Assembly (NCBI RefSeq): GCF_006345805.1
Contig: NC_043000.1
Span: forward strand, 30,690,001-30,754,000
Length of the DNA stretch: 64,000 nt
Origin: Octopus sinensis
Lineage: Eukaryota
Direction of reading: 5' to 3'
How positions within the stretch are numbered: position 1 is the first letter of the stretch; every line of letters begins with the position of its first letter. Both the position numbers and the translations under genes were made by a program. Positions 12,002-25,769 of the stretch are shown here, in pieces. The notes beneath the pieces are model-generated. The model ran no database searches. It saw nothing but the letters and a program-made list of their open reading frames with translations, and was not told where the DNA came from.

Positions 12002-12305
12002 GGTACGTGGTTTAGTGGTTAGGGTATTCGGTTAACGATCTTAAAGTCATCATTCCGACTCCCGGTGGCGCGTTGTGTACACAGGCCAAGCAGTTTATTT
12101 CATGTTGCTCCAGTCCACTACTCTAGCAAAAATGAGTAGTACTCGTATTTCAAAGGGACACTCTAGCCACATTCTGTGTGACGCTGAATTTCCACAGAAC
12201 TACGTTAAGGATACGCGTGTCTATGGAGTACCGCATGCACTTTACTTACACGATCAAACTGTTGTGTCGATCGGATCAACTGGAACCCTCATCGTCGTAA
12301 CCGAA
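12000..12305 (+). mobile_element. tRNA-headed SINE, second family
   Basis: A-box-like gtggtttagtggttagggt; ends in gtcgtaaccga. Homologous to 48165-48425 (+) and 50775-50990 (-). Confidence 0.7.
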
Positions 12306-12859
12306 GAGGTGGCGGTTGAGTTATTTATGTATGAATATATTAAAACGTGCAACAAGAAGGAAGTTAAGGAAACAGCAAGAAACACACAAAGATTATGGAC
12401 ATACTCATCTCTTTATTGACCAATGTGCTATACAACAGAATTCAACATGTATAATGCTAATAGCACTTGGAAAAGTGAAGAGAGATTAGAACTTGACAAA
12501 ATTACGCATATAAAAGATGGAATGTTTAAAGTGATATAGCCATGAGAAGACGAATACGCAGAGTTTCAGATAGGTCACTTCTTAAAGGTTGAGAGAATGC
12601 TGGAAAGATTGAAAAGGAGAAAAGTATTGTATCTTCTATATTTGAGTAACTGACAGCAAATGATAGAGGACGCAAAGAAATGTGAGAGTATATACACTTG
12701 GACGGGAGTAGTGTGAGAAAAATTCTTTTGTGAGACGGGGGCAATCATAGTAACATTATATAGAAAAACAGAAGCTGGTGAGATTGGTGCAGAAATAGAA
12801 TAATTAACGTAAAGAGAGAGCTTGAAAAATAAAGTTGTAATTGGTATATTGGGAGGGGT

Positions 12860-13160
12860 GAAGGAATTGAAAAGGAAGCATTTATTTGAACCCGGAGCTT
12901 CGATGGTTCCTGTCATTTCTTACGTTTACATATATGTAAGGATCCATAGAAATCAGAGCTATGGAACACCGATAAACGGGTAACGGTGTCGCCCATTGCA
13001 TTGAAGTGAGCGGCAGAAGTTTGGGCTGATGTTCGTTGTAAAATTCTGCAAATGTGTTCGCGTAACCTGAGGGAAAGCCGATAATTTTCGGGTGATAAAT
13101 TATATATAACATTGGTAAACGTGTAGTTTCCTGTAATGTGAAACTTCTGTCTTTCTCTCG
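12860..13160 (-). pseudogene. PLE GIY-YIG C-terminal fragment
   Basis: RLREH...TSAAHFNAMGDTV and GTIEAPGSNKCF resemble PLE endonuclease ends (RF.EH...VA.HFN...LGT..P.G.N). Confidence 0.5.
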
Positions 13161-13388
13161 CCATATTTCTCTCTGCTACGATTTCCTTTCTACATAATCA
13201 CTCTTACGTCAGTTGTTTTTTTCATTGTTAAATACTGAGGCGTCACATAAACATGGAGAATGAATAAAAGAATTGCCAGTCTTTCATTTTTTTCCTATGC
13301 AATATTAACACTTGAAGAAAGACCCTGTCGCATAGATCGGAAATTATTTTACCCACAGTATAGTCGTCGTTACGTACGTTGTTATATG

Positions 13389-14520
13389 ATTTATACGATG
13401 TGATTCGATATTTACTAACTGATGTAGTTCGGCAGCTGTGGAAAGTAATGAATAGAAAGCGTCATTTTAAACTGTATCAAATTTATGTCCTCGACTGCGC
13501 CATTGTTCATCTCTGAAGACATCATAATTTTGAATTAAAACACGATAATGTTTTATATTTTGTTTTTTACATGACGAAATATATTGATTTCTAAAACTCG
13601 CTGCAAAAATCCAAATTGTTTTTTAGATCCAGGCCATTCATATTTTAGCAAGCATATGGAGAATGACATTTATTCATTACCACTTTATATTTTGTATCTA
13701 GCTTCACATACCAAATACCGTATATTTTCCAAAAAAAATCAAGCTCATGCAAAATTCGAGTCCCCATTTTTCGAGAAATAAGAGGGAATTATTTCCATAT
13801 GCCAGGCCTAAAAGTCGATTCTATTTCTTCACACATGTCAGAGCAACAGTTGCATGTCAAGAAGTTAGATTACAGATTTCATCAAATCGTTAGGCTACAG
13901 AGTATTGAATAAGTAAAATCCAGTCGTAACATTATTTCTTCTCACAGCTTACACTAGATTTCAAACAGGGTCAGCACGATGGGAAGGATTTCAGACTGAG
14001 TTCTCCGGCTGATATCAAAGATCTCACAAAGGCTACCTGCCGATCAAATGATAACATATTACAGTTACATAAGTTCTTAATCAAAAATCAGCAGATGAAA
14101 GGTTACAATTATTCATTTATTGGTAATTTAAACGAAAATCTTATTCCTATCGATATACATGGGCGAGAATCGAAATCTGACAAAAGCAAAAGATAAAAGA
14201 AAGAAACGAAACGGCCATGAAAATCCGTGGCCCCGAAACAATTAGGACTAATTAAATACTTCCTTTGGTTCTAATTCACATCTACTAAAGCCAATGGTTG
14301 TTTTTAAGAGTAAAATTCTAGTAACTTAGAGGTTTGCTAAAAGAGACCGAGAGGATAAGTACCAGGCTTAAGAAGAAAGTACTGGAGTCGATTCATTCGA
14401 CAAAAAGTCTTCAGTGCGGCGCCCCAGCAAGACCGCAGTCTAATGACTAAAACAAGTAAAAGAACAAAGGAATAAAAGAAGATATAACAAATAATATTGA
14501 CCAATCATAAATAAATGAAC
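13389..14520. repeat. Dispersed composite repeat, copy 2
   Basis: Homologous to 2340-3510 but lacks the left arm of the 102-bp palindrome. Confidence 0.8.
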
Positions 14521-14523
14521 AGC

Positions 14524-14786
14524 TTGCAAAGACAAGAACAGGAAATACTTAGGTGAGGCACCTAGAAGTATTGCATAGAGACTAAATGCACATGTGAGAC
14601 AACATGACGACAAAAAACAGTCGTCCGTACTCTACCAACATGCCAAAGGCAATCATGGAGGCATAGTGGGTCAACTTGACCTCCACATTTTAGCCAAGCA
14701 CCTGAAGGACTCAACATTCAGACAAATACTGGAGTACGTCCTCATAAATGAAACATCCCCAGCACTAAATAGGAAATATACGTAGA
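14524..14786 (+). pseudogene. PLE GIY-YIG fragment
   Basis: KYLGEAPRSIA*RLNAH...SSVLYQHA...RQILE...PALNRK, a paralog of 5200-5495. Confidence 0.8.
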
Positions 14787-15250
14787 AGGTAGTCATACCC
14801 CAATACTCACATTTTATATATACACAGGTAGAGTTGTTAGAAGGCTCTTATGTAAACGTATATATACGTATGTGTGTATGCATATATGTATATATGTGTG
14901 TGTGTGCGTGTGCAAATGTGTATGTATGTATGTATATATATGTAGGCAAAAGAATATGTAAGTAAACAGATATGCAAGTAAACAGATAGATAAACAGATA
15001 GACAGGTACATAGATAATACGGACAGACAAGAACACACACATACACACAAAATGAAGACTGTAACACATGATCATAACCACACATGCATACTTCACACAC
15101 ACGCACAAGATGACAAAGGTCCACACACAAATGCATATACAATCACACACACATACTAACACACAACAAGATCATACGAGCACACGAATATGCAGAATAC
15201 ATACATACGTACAAACATATACACACGCATACATACATACATATAAATAT

Positions 15251-15320
<70 letters not shown>

Positions 15321-15583
15321 TACACACAGACACATACATGCACACACATGCGCACAAACAAACAAAAGGAACGCAGGGCTGATAAAGGACAAAGTCAACG
15401 ACTATTGAAAAGGTTGCAAAATGCAACGAAGATTTTAGAGAAAATAATTAAGCAAATGAGTGGAAGTCGAACCGGTGCGTGTGTTAAATAATAAGACACT
15501 AAAAGAGAATGAATCTCTCTAGACACAATAAAATATGCTTCAACACACGAACTCACATAAAGAATCTTGCAAATCCAAAATCG

Positions 15584-15648
<65 letters not shown>

Positions 15649-15759
15649 AAAAATGGAGGCAATCGCACAGGAGGTTATCTAAATCATTTATATCACCGAC
15701 AAAGCAATCCCGTTTTATTTTAGAGGACCACAAACTTTTTTAAATAACCCAAATCACCG

Positions 15760-16560
15760 TTTTATCTCTCCTTCTAGCTCGGATATCGGTATACTTAGCA
15801 AAACTATTCTTGATAAGTACATTCCTTTTTTATGGTCTCATTTATTCCAGGTAGTAGATTGGTTCGATTAACTAATAAACTTAACACTAAATTTATCCAG
15901 TTTGATATATGTAATTATTATTTTTCAATTAATCCTATCATCTTTAATAAAGCCCTATGGTTCGCGCATAATAAATCGCACCTTACCTGTGATGAAATGA
16001 ATGAAGTTTTAGTAGCTAGAAAATCTATTATTAAATTTGATAATAAGTTTGGGGTGCGAAAAGATAGACCTAATTTCTTTGATATAACAATAGGAGCAGC
16101 CGATTCCGCCCAGGTCTCTGATCTAGTCGATATTTATATTCTATACGAAATGGCTGATCAATTCCCATATGTCTTCGGTGGATTACATCGTGAATTTGGA
16201 CTTCTTTACCTTCAAAATATCTCTAATCAAAAATTACAAAATGTTAAAGATAATCTAGAAAAATTGTTCAGTAATATGTGCTTAAGTACTTCTTTTGATG
16301 ATGAAAGAACAAAAGTTAATTTCTTTGATCTTACAATCAACTTAAACACAACTTTGTATTACCCATAACATAAAGTTTCAACCAATCTGCAAATACTACA
16401 AAAAATCTAGTTAAAAACATATCGCTAAGACAAACTAAATTATCAGCCATTGTAAACATTAAAAAAAAATAATGCAGACTTCTATAATTTATTTTTGCCA
16501 AGAGCAGGATATAAGGAACAAATTAAGTATTGCAACCTGCTTGGTCTTAGTTTAACCTCT
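15760..16560 (+). pseudogene. PLE reverse transcriptase, 5' part of a split element
   Basis: FIQFDICNYYFSI, FDITIGAADSAQVSDLV...GLHREFGL, VNFFDLTINL. Confidence 0.85.
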
Positions 16561-16584
16561 AATAATCATGCTGATAGTAGTTAT

Positions 16585-16601
16585 ACTACTACTACTACTA
16601 C

Positions 16602-16657
<56 letters not shown>

Positions 16658-16701
16658 TATAATATGATATGATAATAATAAATAATAATAATAATAATAA
16701 T

Positions 16702-16739
<38 letters not shown>

Positions 16740-16740
16740 A
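16585..16740. repeat. (TAC)n(TAA)n microsatellite
   Basis: Read directly from the sequence. Confidence 0.95.
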
Positions 16741-18305
16741 AAAAATTTGGATTAAAAAAATGCGCCAAAGTAACCATGAAAAGAGGAAAACTAGTTAAGA
16801 GTAACAACATCACACTAGATAAAACCAATGAAATAAAAGAATTAGACCAAAACCAAACTTACAAATACTTAGGAATCCATGAACTAGATAAGACACAACA
16901 CACACAAATGAAAGAGAAAATAAAAAAAGAATATTATAGACGAGTTAGATCAATACTAAAAACAGAGCTCAATGCTAAAAACAAGATAATAGGTATCAAC
17001 ACTTTAGCTGTCCCAGTTATAAGTTACAGCTACAATATCCTTAACTGGACACGAAATGAACTTACCAAAATAGATAGGAAAACAAGAAAAATAATGATAG
17101 GATCTAGGATGCATCACCCAAAATCTGACATAGAAAGACTATATATACAACGTATAGAAGGTGGTAGAGGCCTTATACAGCTGGAAAACTACTATAAAAT
17201 AACCACCATAGGACTGCAAAAATATCTACTTCAGAAGGAAGGAAAACTGATCCAGATAGCGGCAAAACACGAGCAAAACAAAAAACTGTTCTCAGTATTT
17301 AAGGAAGCTGACAAATACAAACAAGAAATCATACCACCTAATAAACATGATGAAGAAGAAGAAGATGAAGAAACAACAAAAGCTATAAAACAAATGAATT
17401 CCAAACTAAAAATAGAACAGCAACGAACCATGATAAAACGATGGCAAGAAAATCCCCTTCATGGTAAATACTGGACTAAACTAAACGCAAAAGAAATAGA
17501 CAAAGAAAAATCCCAGCAATGGTTGAGAAGCTCAGGACTCAAAGCAGAAACAGAGGGATTTTTAATTGCAGCACAAGACCAAAGCCTCCCCACCAGAAAT
17601 TACCAAAAACATGTAATGAAAAGAAATATTACAAGTAACTGCAGAATATGTGGAGATGGACAAGAAACAATAAATCATATATCTCTAGCTGCCCAGTCCT
17701 GGCTAAGAAGGAATATATTCACAGATATGACAGAGTTGGAACCTACATACATTGGAAGCTATGCCGACATTATGGAATAACAACAGAAAAAAGATGGTAT
17801 AGGCACACACCAGAAAAGGTCATAGAAAACGAGAAAGCAACCATACTCTGGGATATGCCGATACACACAGATAGAGAAATTAAGGCCAACAGACCAGATA
17901 TAGTTGTCAGAGATCATGAAGAAAAAAAATGCTTTCTAATTGATGTATCAATACCGGCAGATGACAACGTGTCTCTAAAAGAAATGGAGAAACTCTCAAA
18001 ATACAAAGACCTGGAAATAGAGGTAACTAGAATGTGGAATCTGAAAACAGAAACAATTCCTATCATAGTAGGTGCATTAGGCATGATAAAAAAATATTCA
18101 GACAAATACATAACAAAAACACCAGGACTTACAAACACATATAACATACAGAAAATTGCACTACTAGGCACTGCACACATCCTACGCAGAACACTTTCCA
18201 TACAATAACCATCAGAGCATCACAACAAATCACAGCACATACCCAAGGCACACAGAGCTGCGCTCGGTAGTGAAGTGAAAGCACGCTATAAAAATAAAAC
18301 TACTG
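16741..18305 (+). mobile_element. 5'-truncated R4/Dong-clade non-LTR retrotransposon
   Basis: FGLKKCAKVTMKRG and YKYLG (RT end); CRICG...ETINHI(I)SSC zinc knuckle with a 1-nt frameshift near 17686; RPDIVV...LIDVSIP...K..KYKDL restriction-like endonuclease; flanked by (TAA)n on both sides. Confidence 0.92.
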
Positions 18306-18340
18306 AATAATAATAATAATAACAACAACAATAATAATAA

Positions 18341-19060
18341 TGTATCTTCCATAGGTAATAATTCCAGCAATAATTCGTTGCATCAAAATATTCAGAAAGC
18401 TAATCATAGTAAATTTAAGAATAAACAGGCTAAGGGAAGTGAATATACGTCTTCACTCTTTTTCTGTAAAAGTAAAAACAACCCCAGATTTTTTAATGAA
18501 AAATCTTCCTATAAATCGCATAGTTCTAATAAAACTACTTGGTTTGTTATTCCATACGGTAAACAATCTAAAAGTAATATTCCTTACCTATTTCGTAAAG
18601 CTATCTAAAGGAACTTCCCTATAAATTCGAGGTACCATTCAATTCTTAATTCATATCGTATTAGAATTTTGCAACACTAATAATCTCCTACAGATTATCT
18701 CCTTCCATAACAATTATATTCTTAACGGTAAAAGTGATTCGCTTAATAACTATAATAACAATAATATGAATAATAATAATTACTCCTTAATATTATTAAT
18801 AGCAATATTACTTGTAATTGTGATCCAAATTTACCATGTGTTCTCAACGGAAATTGCAAAATTAAAAATGTTGGCTACGAATGGAAGATTACTTCCGAAA
18901 GTAAGGAATTTTTCTGTGTTGGCCTTGCTCCACAAAGATAAATAAAATGCATAGCTAATCATCTTCGGGCATTTAAATATATCAGTGTCTTAACAAACTC
19001 ATATGGCATCTCAAAGACTGTAATAAACAATTTACTTTAGACTGGAAAATTTTGTCAAGA
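18341..19060 (+). pseudogene. PLE continuation (RT thumb/linker/GIY-YIG), 3' part of the split element
   Basis: WFVIPYGKQSKSNIPYLFRKAI..NFP...YHSILN matches the PLE WFNPPY...HFP motif; GNCKIKNVGY...VGL is a GIY-YIG remnant. Confidence 0.7.
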
Positions 19061-19537
19061 TCGTTTCCTTATGATTAGGGCAAATCTTTTTGCCCTCTTT
19101 GTACGGATGAACAACTGTTTATCTTTTTTCCAAACGCACACTTGTCAAGATCTACAAAGGAACGTGTTTACGGGTGCCTACTTTGGAAAAAAAACACACT
19201 TTCAGCTATTTCAAATAATATCTGCTATGTTTTGCCCAATAATATCTGTAGTTTTCACTCCATTCTTTTCAATCCACACATCCCATTCCTTCCTTTATCA
19301 TTTCTATCCATTCTTCATTCACTTTTCTATTTACTAGGTCTTCCATTACTTATTTAATTTTGCTTCTTTCTTCCTTCACTTCATCTCTCGATTTATGACG
19401 TCAAATTTCGTAACGGTATTTCAAAAATTACTAGCGTTCTCTATCTACCAATTGTTTTTATGTATAATGTATTATATATTATAACTTCCTAAATTTGTAA
19501 ACATGGCTTACTAATGAACACTGTTATTTATAATCTC

Positions 19538-19623
19538 CACCCTGATGAGATTGATACATTATTCCACCTTATTTTTCGACTCGGATTAATATTAATGTAT
19601 CCATCGAAACATATATGTCGGTG
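19538..19623 (+). ncRNA. Canonical type I hammerhead ribozyme
   Basis: CACC CTGATGA GATTGATACATTA...TAATGTATCCATC GAA ACATATATGT C GGTG. All core nucleotides are present, stem II is 13 bp with one mismatch, stem III is palindromic, GUC cleavage after 19619. Confidence 0.88.
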
Positions 19624-19902
19624 ATGTAAATGATATAAATAACATCTCGTGCGTTTGTCTCCGTTTTCTATCTCTCTTATATCCTCCAAAACATGTTTCA
19701 CTTCTCCTTGGAATCATTACTAATATACGTGTGGTTACTAATATCTTAAAAGTGCTCATGTGACGTTTGGCTACCATGGTAACTATTTCTACGGATCTTT
19801 ACTTGAAAATGAAGCATACATACATATATATACATCTATCAGTCTCTCTATTTCCCTCTCTCTTCCTCCCTTCCTCTCTCACATTCTACGCACACACACA
19901 CT

Positions 19903-19966
<64 letters not shown>

Positions 19967-20051
19967 TTAGAGACAAAACCACTATTTTGCAAAACAAACA
20001 AGGAAAGACTTAATCAATACATAAAATTTTAATAAAAAGTCAAAAAAACCG

Positions 20052-20094
20052 CCACTACAATTGTTTATTGTCCTAATCGACAATCTTCAGGTGG
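20052..20094 (-). ncRNA. Type I hammerhead variant (G12U), inverted copy
   Basis: Reverse complement of 21851-21893. Confidence 0.55.
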
Positions 20095-21850
20095 ACTTCC
20101 AATCTAAAATATCAATATTTTAAAATATAAAAATAATAATTTTAAAATAATTAAAGTATTAATGAAAAAATATAAATATATAATCTATATATAACCTATA
20201 TATAATCCATATATAATCAATATATAAACAATATATAAACTAAAATAAACCTTTCAACAATTAAATATAAAATATAAAATATAAAATATAAAACAAAACA
20301 AAAAATAAACTATATATACACCCATACACATATAACTAATTATATATAACCATATCTAAATACATACACTAAATCACACACCTATATATATATCCCTATA
20401 CATACACATAAAAACGTCTAGGCAACGATAAATAAATAAAATAGCCAAATACTTCAACACAATACTTATTCATACTCCCTCACACACACATACAACCCAC
20501 ATTCCCGCTCTAGAAACGGACATCATTTAAAATTATGAATGGAGAAATGGAATAAATGGAATTAAAAATTATATTCACTTGATAAAACGAACATTACTTA
20601 AAAATTATGAATGAAAACATGCAATAAAACAACAGACATCGCAAATAGACACAAACTACTACGAATTCCTTAATAAAACTACCATGACAAACCAAAACTC
20701 ATAAAAACATATAATGATAAAATCTCCCTTTACTAAACTCTATAACATACCTATATAGCAATCCCCCTAACCTAAACATTCACACACAAATACACACACG
20801 TAAACCACACACCCACGACATATACAAATACCCACCTCACTCACACATACCTATACATACATATAAACCTCAACATATACTCCAAAAACCCACTCAACCC
20901 CACACAGACAAATAAACACATACATCCCCAAACCTATATAGCAAACCCATAAACACATTCCTTGTTTGTTTTGCAAAATAGTGGTTTTGTCTCTAATAAT
21001 ATTATATAATATTTTACTATAAAATTGGATTTAATCCTAAATCTGATTTTTTCCCTGTAAATTTGGATTTATTCCCTAATATTTATTATTTGTATAGGTA
21101 TGTGTGAGTGAGGTGGGTATTTGTATATGTCGTGGGTGTGTGGTTTACGTGTGTGTATTTGTGTGTGAATGTTTAGGTTAGGGGGATTGCTATATAGGTA
21201 TGTTATAGAGTTTAGTAAAGGGAGATTTTATCATTATATGTTTTTATGAGTTTTGGTTTGTCATGGTAGTTTTATTAAGGAATTCGTAGTAGTTTGTGTC
21301 TATTTGCGATGTCTGTTGTTTTATTGCATGTTTTCATTCATAATTTTTAAGTAATGTTCGTTTTACCAAGTGAATATAATTTTTAATTCCATTTATTCCA
21401 TTTCTCCATTCATAATTTTAAATGATGTCGTTTCTAGAGCGGGAATGGGGTTGTATGTGTGTGTGAGGGAGTATGAATAAGTATTGTGTTGAAGTATTTG
21501 GCTATTTTATTTATTTATCGTTGCCTAGACGTTTTTATGTGTATGTATAGGGATATATATATAGGTGTGTGATTTAGTGTATGTATTTAGATATGGTTAT
21601 ATATAATTAGTTATATGTGTATGGTGTATATATAGTTTATTTTTTGTTTTGTTTTATATTTTATATTTTATATTTTATATTTAATTGTTGAAAGGTTTAT
21701 TTTAGTTTATATATTGTTTATATATTGATTATATATGGATTATATATAGGTTATATATAGATTATATATTTATATTTTTTCATTAATACTTTAATTATTT
21801 TAAAATTATTATTTTTATATTTTAAAATATTGATATTTTAGATTGGAAGT

Positions 21851-21893
21851 CCACCTGAAGATTGTCGATTAGGACAATAAACAATTGTAGTGG
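21851..21893 (+). ncRNA. Type I hammerhead variant (G12U)
   Basis: CCAC CTGAAGA TTGTC gattag GACAA TAA ACAATTGT A GTGG. All three stems pair; predicted cleavage after 21889. Confidence 0.6.
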
Positions 21894-22069
21894 CGGTTTT
21901 TTTGACTTTTTATTAAAATTTTATGTATTGTTAAGTCTTTCCTTGTTTGTTTTGCAAAATAGTGGTTTTGTCTCTAATAATATTATATAATATTTTACTA
22001 TAAAATTGGATTTAATCCTAAATCTGATTTTTTCCCTGTAAATTTGGATTTATTCCCTAATATTATTAT

Positions 22070-22119
<50 letters not shown>

Positions 22120-22124
<5 letters not shown>

Positions 22125-22159
22125 GTATATATAGATAGATAGATAGATAGATAGATAGA

Positions 22160-22214
<55 letters not shown>

Positions 22215-22215
22215 T
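22120..22215. repeat. (GATA)n microsatellite
   Basis: Read directly from the sequence. Confidence 0.95.
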
Positions 22216-25112
22216 GTGTGTGTATACACACACATACATACCCATCCATCGCATTCTCTTTTCTATGGCTCCCTATTTTCCATATCTCTCTCAATCCACC
22301 TCTCCCTCTCTCTCCCTTTCTCTCCATCTCTCTCGCTCTATCTTTCTCTCTTCCGCTACACACACATATATATATATATACATAGAAAGAGAGAGGAGGG
22401 GGAAAGAGAGAGAGAGAACGACAGACAGACAGACAGAGAGACAGATGTCTGCCTTTATGAATGTGTGAGTGTTTTTGTGTTTGCATCAGACATATCAAAT
22501 AAAAGACAGTCTTCATTGACAAAGTATTTTGGTCGGCATTCCTAGCTACATGTCTTTATGTGTGTGCAATGCATTAGAAATTATTATAAAAGACATTACC
22601 TCATCATAGCGATCAGTACCTCTTAGTAGATTCCGTCGTTCTATTATGTGTTATTATTTCTTTAACAATATTTTTTAGTCACTCTACTAAGGTATTGTGT
22701 GTGACATATAATTTATTTTCTAACATACATTCTTGCACTTTAGTAATAAATGACCAGGCCGGAAAATTAATTACCCATTTATTCCGGGAATGCGTTTCAT
22801 AAAGCAAAGGATTTTCAATATGAAAGACTATCGGAACCTTTAACGTGAATTTAATATTTAAACGAATTCTTTAAATCCTTTATCTATCTTGCTATTTCTC
22901 TATGACTGATATTTCTTCCAAGTTTAAATTACGCTTTGATTGACAGCTATTCCAGCTAATTTAAATAGGATTTTAAAATGACTACTCTGATAACGTCGAA
23001 GCAGAAATCAATAATTATCAGCAATGTAGCAGTTTAAACTTTTCAATGAAAAGATAAAATATAGGTTAGATTTTTTAAAAGCCAATTAAAATGTAAAACG
23101 TTCAGCGAATCATTAACCCTTTTACGTGTTAAAGTCACTCTTTGATATCATTTAAATAACACATTCTTAGTTCACTTATCTGCGATGTACTCATGTAGTA
23201 CATGTTACAAAAGCTCTCTCTCACACACATATTTGCACACACACAAATACACACGCACACACACACATGTATATATAATTTAATGTACACTGTATTAAAA
23301 TAAGGGGTACTAATAGTTTCTTGCCTTAACGTGCCTTGGATCACCAATCAATTTTCAGGTTCTGATTAAATGATTTGTTCTATTTAAAAAGCAGAACACT
23401 GGTACATGAGAAACCATGAGAAAAAAAATTGATGCAAAAATAAAAGGAAAGAGTGAATAAAAATGAAAACTGATGGCAAATAAGAAACTTATGTCTCCAT
23501 GGAAATCATAAACAAACTAGTAGTTTTAGAATAATTCAACGGAGACGACTAACAGTTGAATTTGACATCGGTTGGACTTGAACTCAGACCAGAAAATTAG
23601 ACAATATAACGTAACGCCTTTTTGTCTGATGCTCGAACAATTGCGCCATTCCACACTCCGCGCAAGATGTTATGAAGCATATCCTTCTTTTTATGAACAA
23701 AAATTGTAAGATTTTAGTTATTCCTAGATGTTGATTCATAATAGCTAGAAAATCATAATATTCTTTAATTCCATCGTTCTATTTAAACCAAAATATATTC
23801 TTTGAATTGTGAAGACAATTTAAAGATACCGACATTGGCTTTCAATGTAATTTTATTGCCATTCTTCATGTTATTAAAATATATCTGGAATATAATTGTG
23901 AATAAGAGAAAGATGATGATGATGGTTGGAGGAAGATTAGGAGGTGGCGGCGGAGGAAGAGGAGACGAAGATGGTGGCGGTGGTGGTGGTTGTATTGGTG
24001 TTGGTAGTCTTGATGGCGATCATGCTGATGATGGCGATGATAATGATGAAGCTCGTGGTGGTGGTGTTGGTAGTGGGACTGTAAATAATGGTGGTGATCG
24101 CGATGGTCGTGATCATAATGGTGATTACGTATACGTTCACTTTCGATCGCTATATTTGTTCTTATTCATATATTTAGGCATGATGAATAAGAGCTAATAC
24201 TTCAAATTATTTTTAGTATGTCTGCTGAACAATCACACACATAATATTGAAAGAAACGTTATCTTCTATAAGCTGTCCTAATTTTAAAAATCATCATTTA
24301 TTTCTGTACCCAGCTTTCATAATGATTTATATAAAACCGTGTCTAGATTGGATTCACATAGCTTTCTCTACGAGGATGTTGTACGATGAAACGTCCTCGC
24401 AATTACGGAGAAACAAAACGCGATGGAGGGAAATGGATTCCTTTACTGATTACGGGAGTTTAAAATAGTTACAAATGTAGAATCGATTTGCGAAAGGTTT
24501 GGGTTTAGCCAACCCCAAAGATTACTTTCCTTTGCAACCTTAATACGAGAGTAGGATTTGGAGGAATAAAGGAACAACTTTAAATAAGAGAGTGCTGAAC
24601 AAAACTAGACAGCATTAAAGAAGTTTATTTTAGAATACTTTCTCTTACACACAGAAATGTATTGATTGTTATCGATTCAAAAATATGAGATTTGAACGGG
24701 AGGTAAATATATGAGGTTTGAAAGGAGTTAAAAACTATATATTTTCGCGTTCTTTATATTATTGAAGAAAATATAGATGAAGTAAATAGGGAAAAAAATC
24801 GAAGTAAGAATGGAGAAGCATTTTTTGTTTTTTGTTTGTTTGTTTATTTTTTTTGTTTTTTCTTATGATGGGATTTCAGCGATAGGGTACAGATATAGAT
24901 TTGCTAATCTTTGTTTTATCTTGCAACACTAAAATCCCCTTTGAGCCTGGAAGTATTACAAAAGTACAATTATAGATTTTCGTTTTAAATTCCTATATTT
25001 CTTGTTTGCCTGATTATACGGAGCAATATAAAATCAAACCGTAATCCTTTTGCATACGATATAAAATTGTACCTTTTACACACATACATACACGACTAAA
25101 TATTCATGTGCG

Positions 25113-25157
<45 letters not shown>

Positions 25158-25263
25158 ATATATATATATATATATGCACTCAAACATATGTACATGCATA
25201 CAAACGTACATGCATTCATTTCTACACAGCCTTGGTTTTTTTATCTCATTACGCAAAAAATTC

Positions 25264-25299
<36 letters not shown>

Positions 25300-25320
25300 A
25301 TATATTATATATATATATAT

Positions 25321-25353
<33 letters not shown>

Positions 25354-25458
25354 TATATATATATATATTATATATATATATATGAGTTTGGAGATATGTG
25401 CGTGTGTGTTTATATTTCATAAAAAGTAGTCAATTATCAAATACGTCCCTCTCCCTCA

Positions 25459-25495
<37 letters not shown>

Positions 25496-25647
25496 CTCTT
25501 TTTCGATGTATACGTGTGTGTGTGTTTGTACTTTTCTGCGTAGGTGTATTAGTGTGTGTGCGCACATGCGCGCGTGTGTGTGTGTGTGTGTGATTGTGTG
25601 ATGGAAGGAGGGGGCTGTGATGTTCAGTGTTAAAATATAGGCATGCT

Positions 25648-25769
25648 TTATTTTATTACAAAAGATTCGATTCCAAAATGGGTTTCACAATCGATGGAAT
25701 CACGGCAATTCTGTTCTGACCATTTAGAAGAGGCTGAACAACCCTTTGGCACAACATCATAAATATCAT
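25648..25769 (-). CDS. Candidate terminal exon (DIYDVVPKGCSASSKWSEQNCRDSIDCETHFGIESFVIK*)
   Basis: Acceptor tttccagttatctttgcag; open in two frames; AT-rich third codon positions in the phase-1 frame; AATAAA motifs at 25647-25657 overlap the stop. Confidence 0.45.

Larger units (their letters stand above)
19961..22045. mobile_element. Head-to-head inverted PLE pLTR-like elements (~895-bp arms)
   Basis: 19961-20857 is the near-identical reverse complement of 21091-21983. The spacer carries a direct copy of the 3' terminus (about 20958-21085 vs 21938-22045). Confidence 0.9.

Noticed and set aside
23802-24197. Gly/Asp-rich ORF
   Set aside because: Degenerate (GGT)/(GAT) trinucleotide repeats with no splice or domain support.
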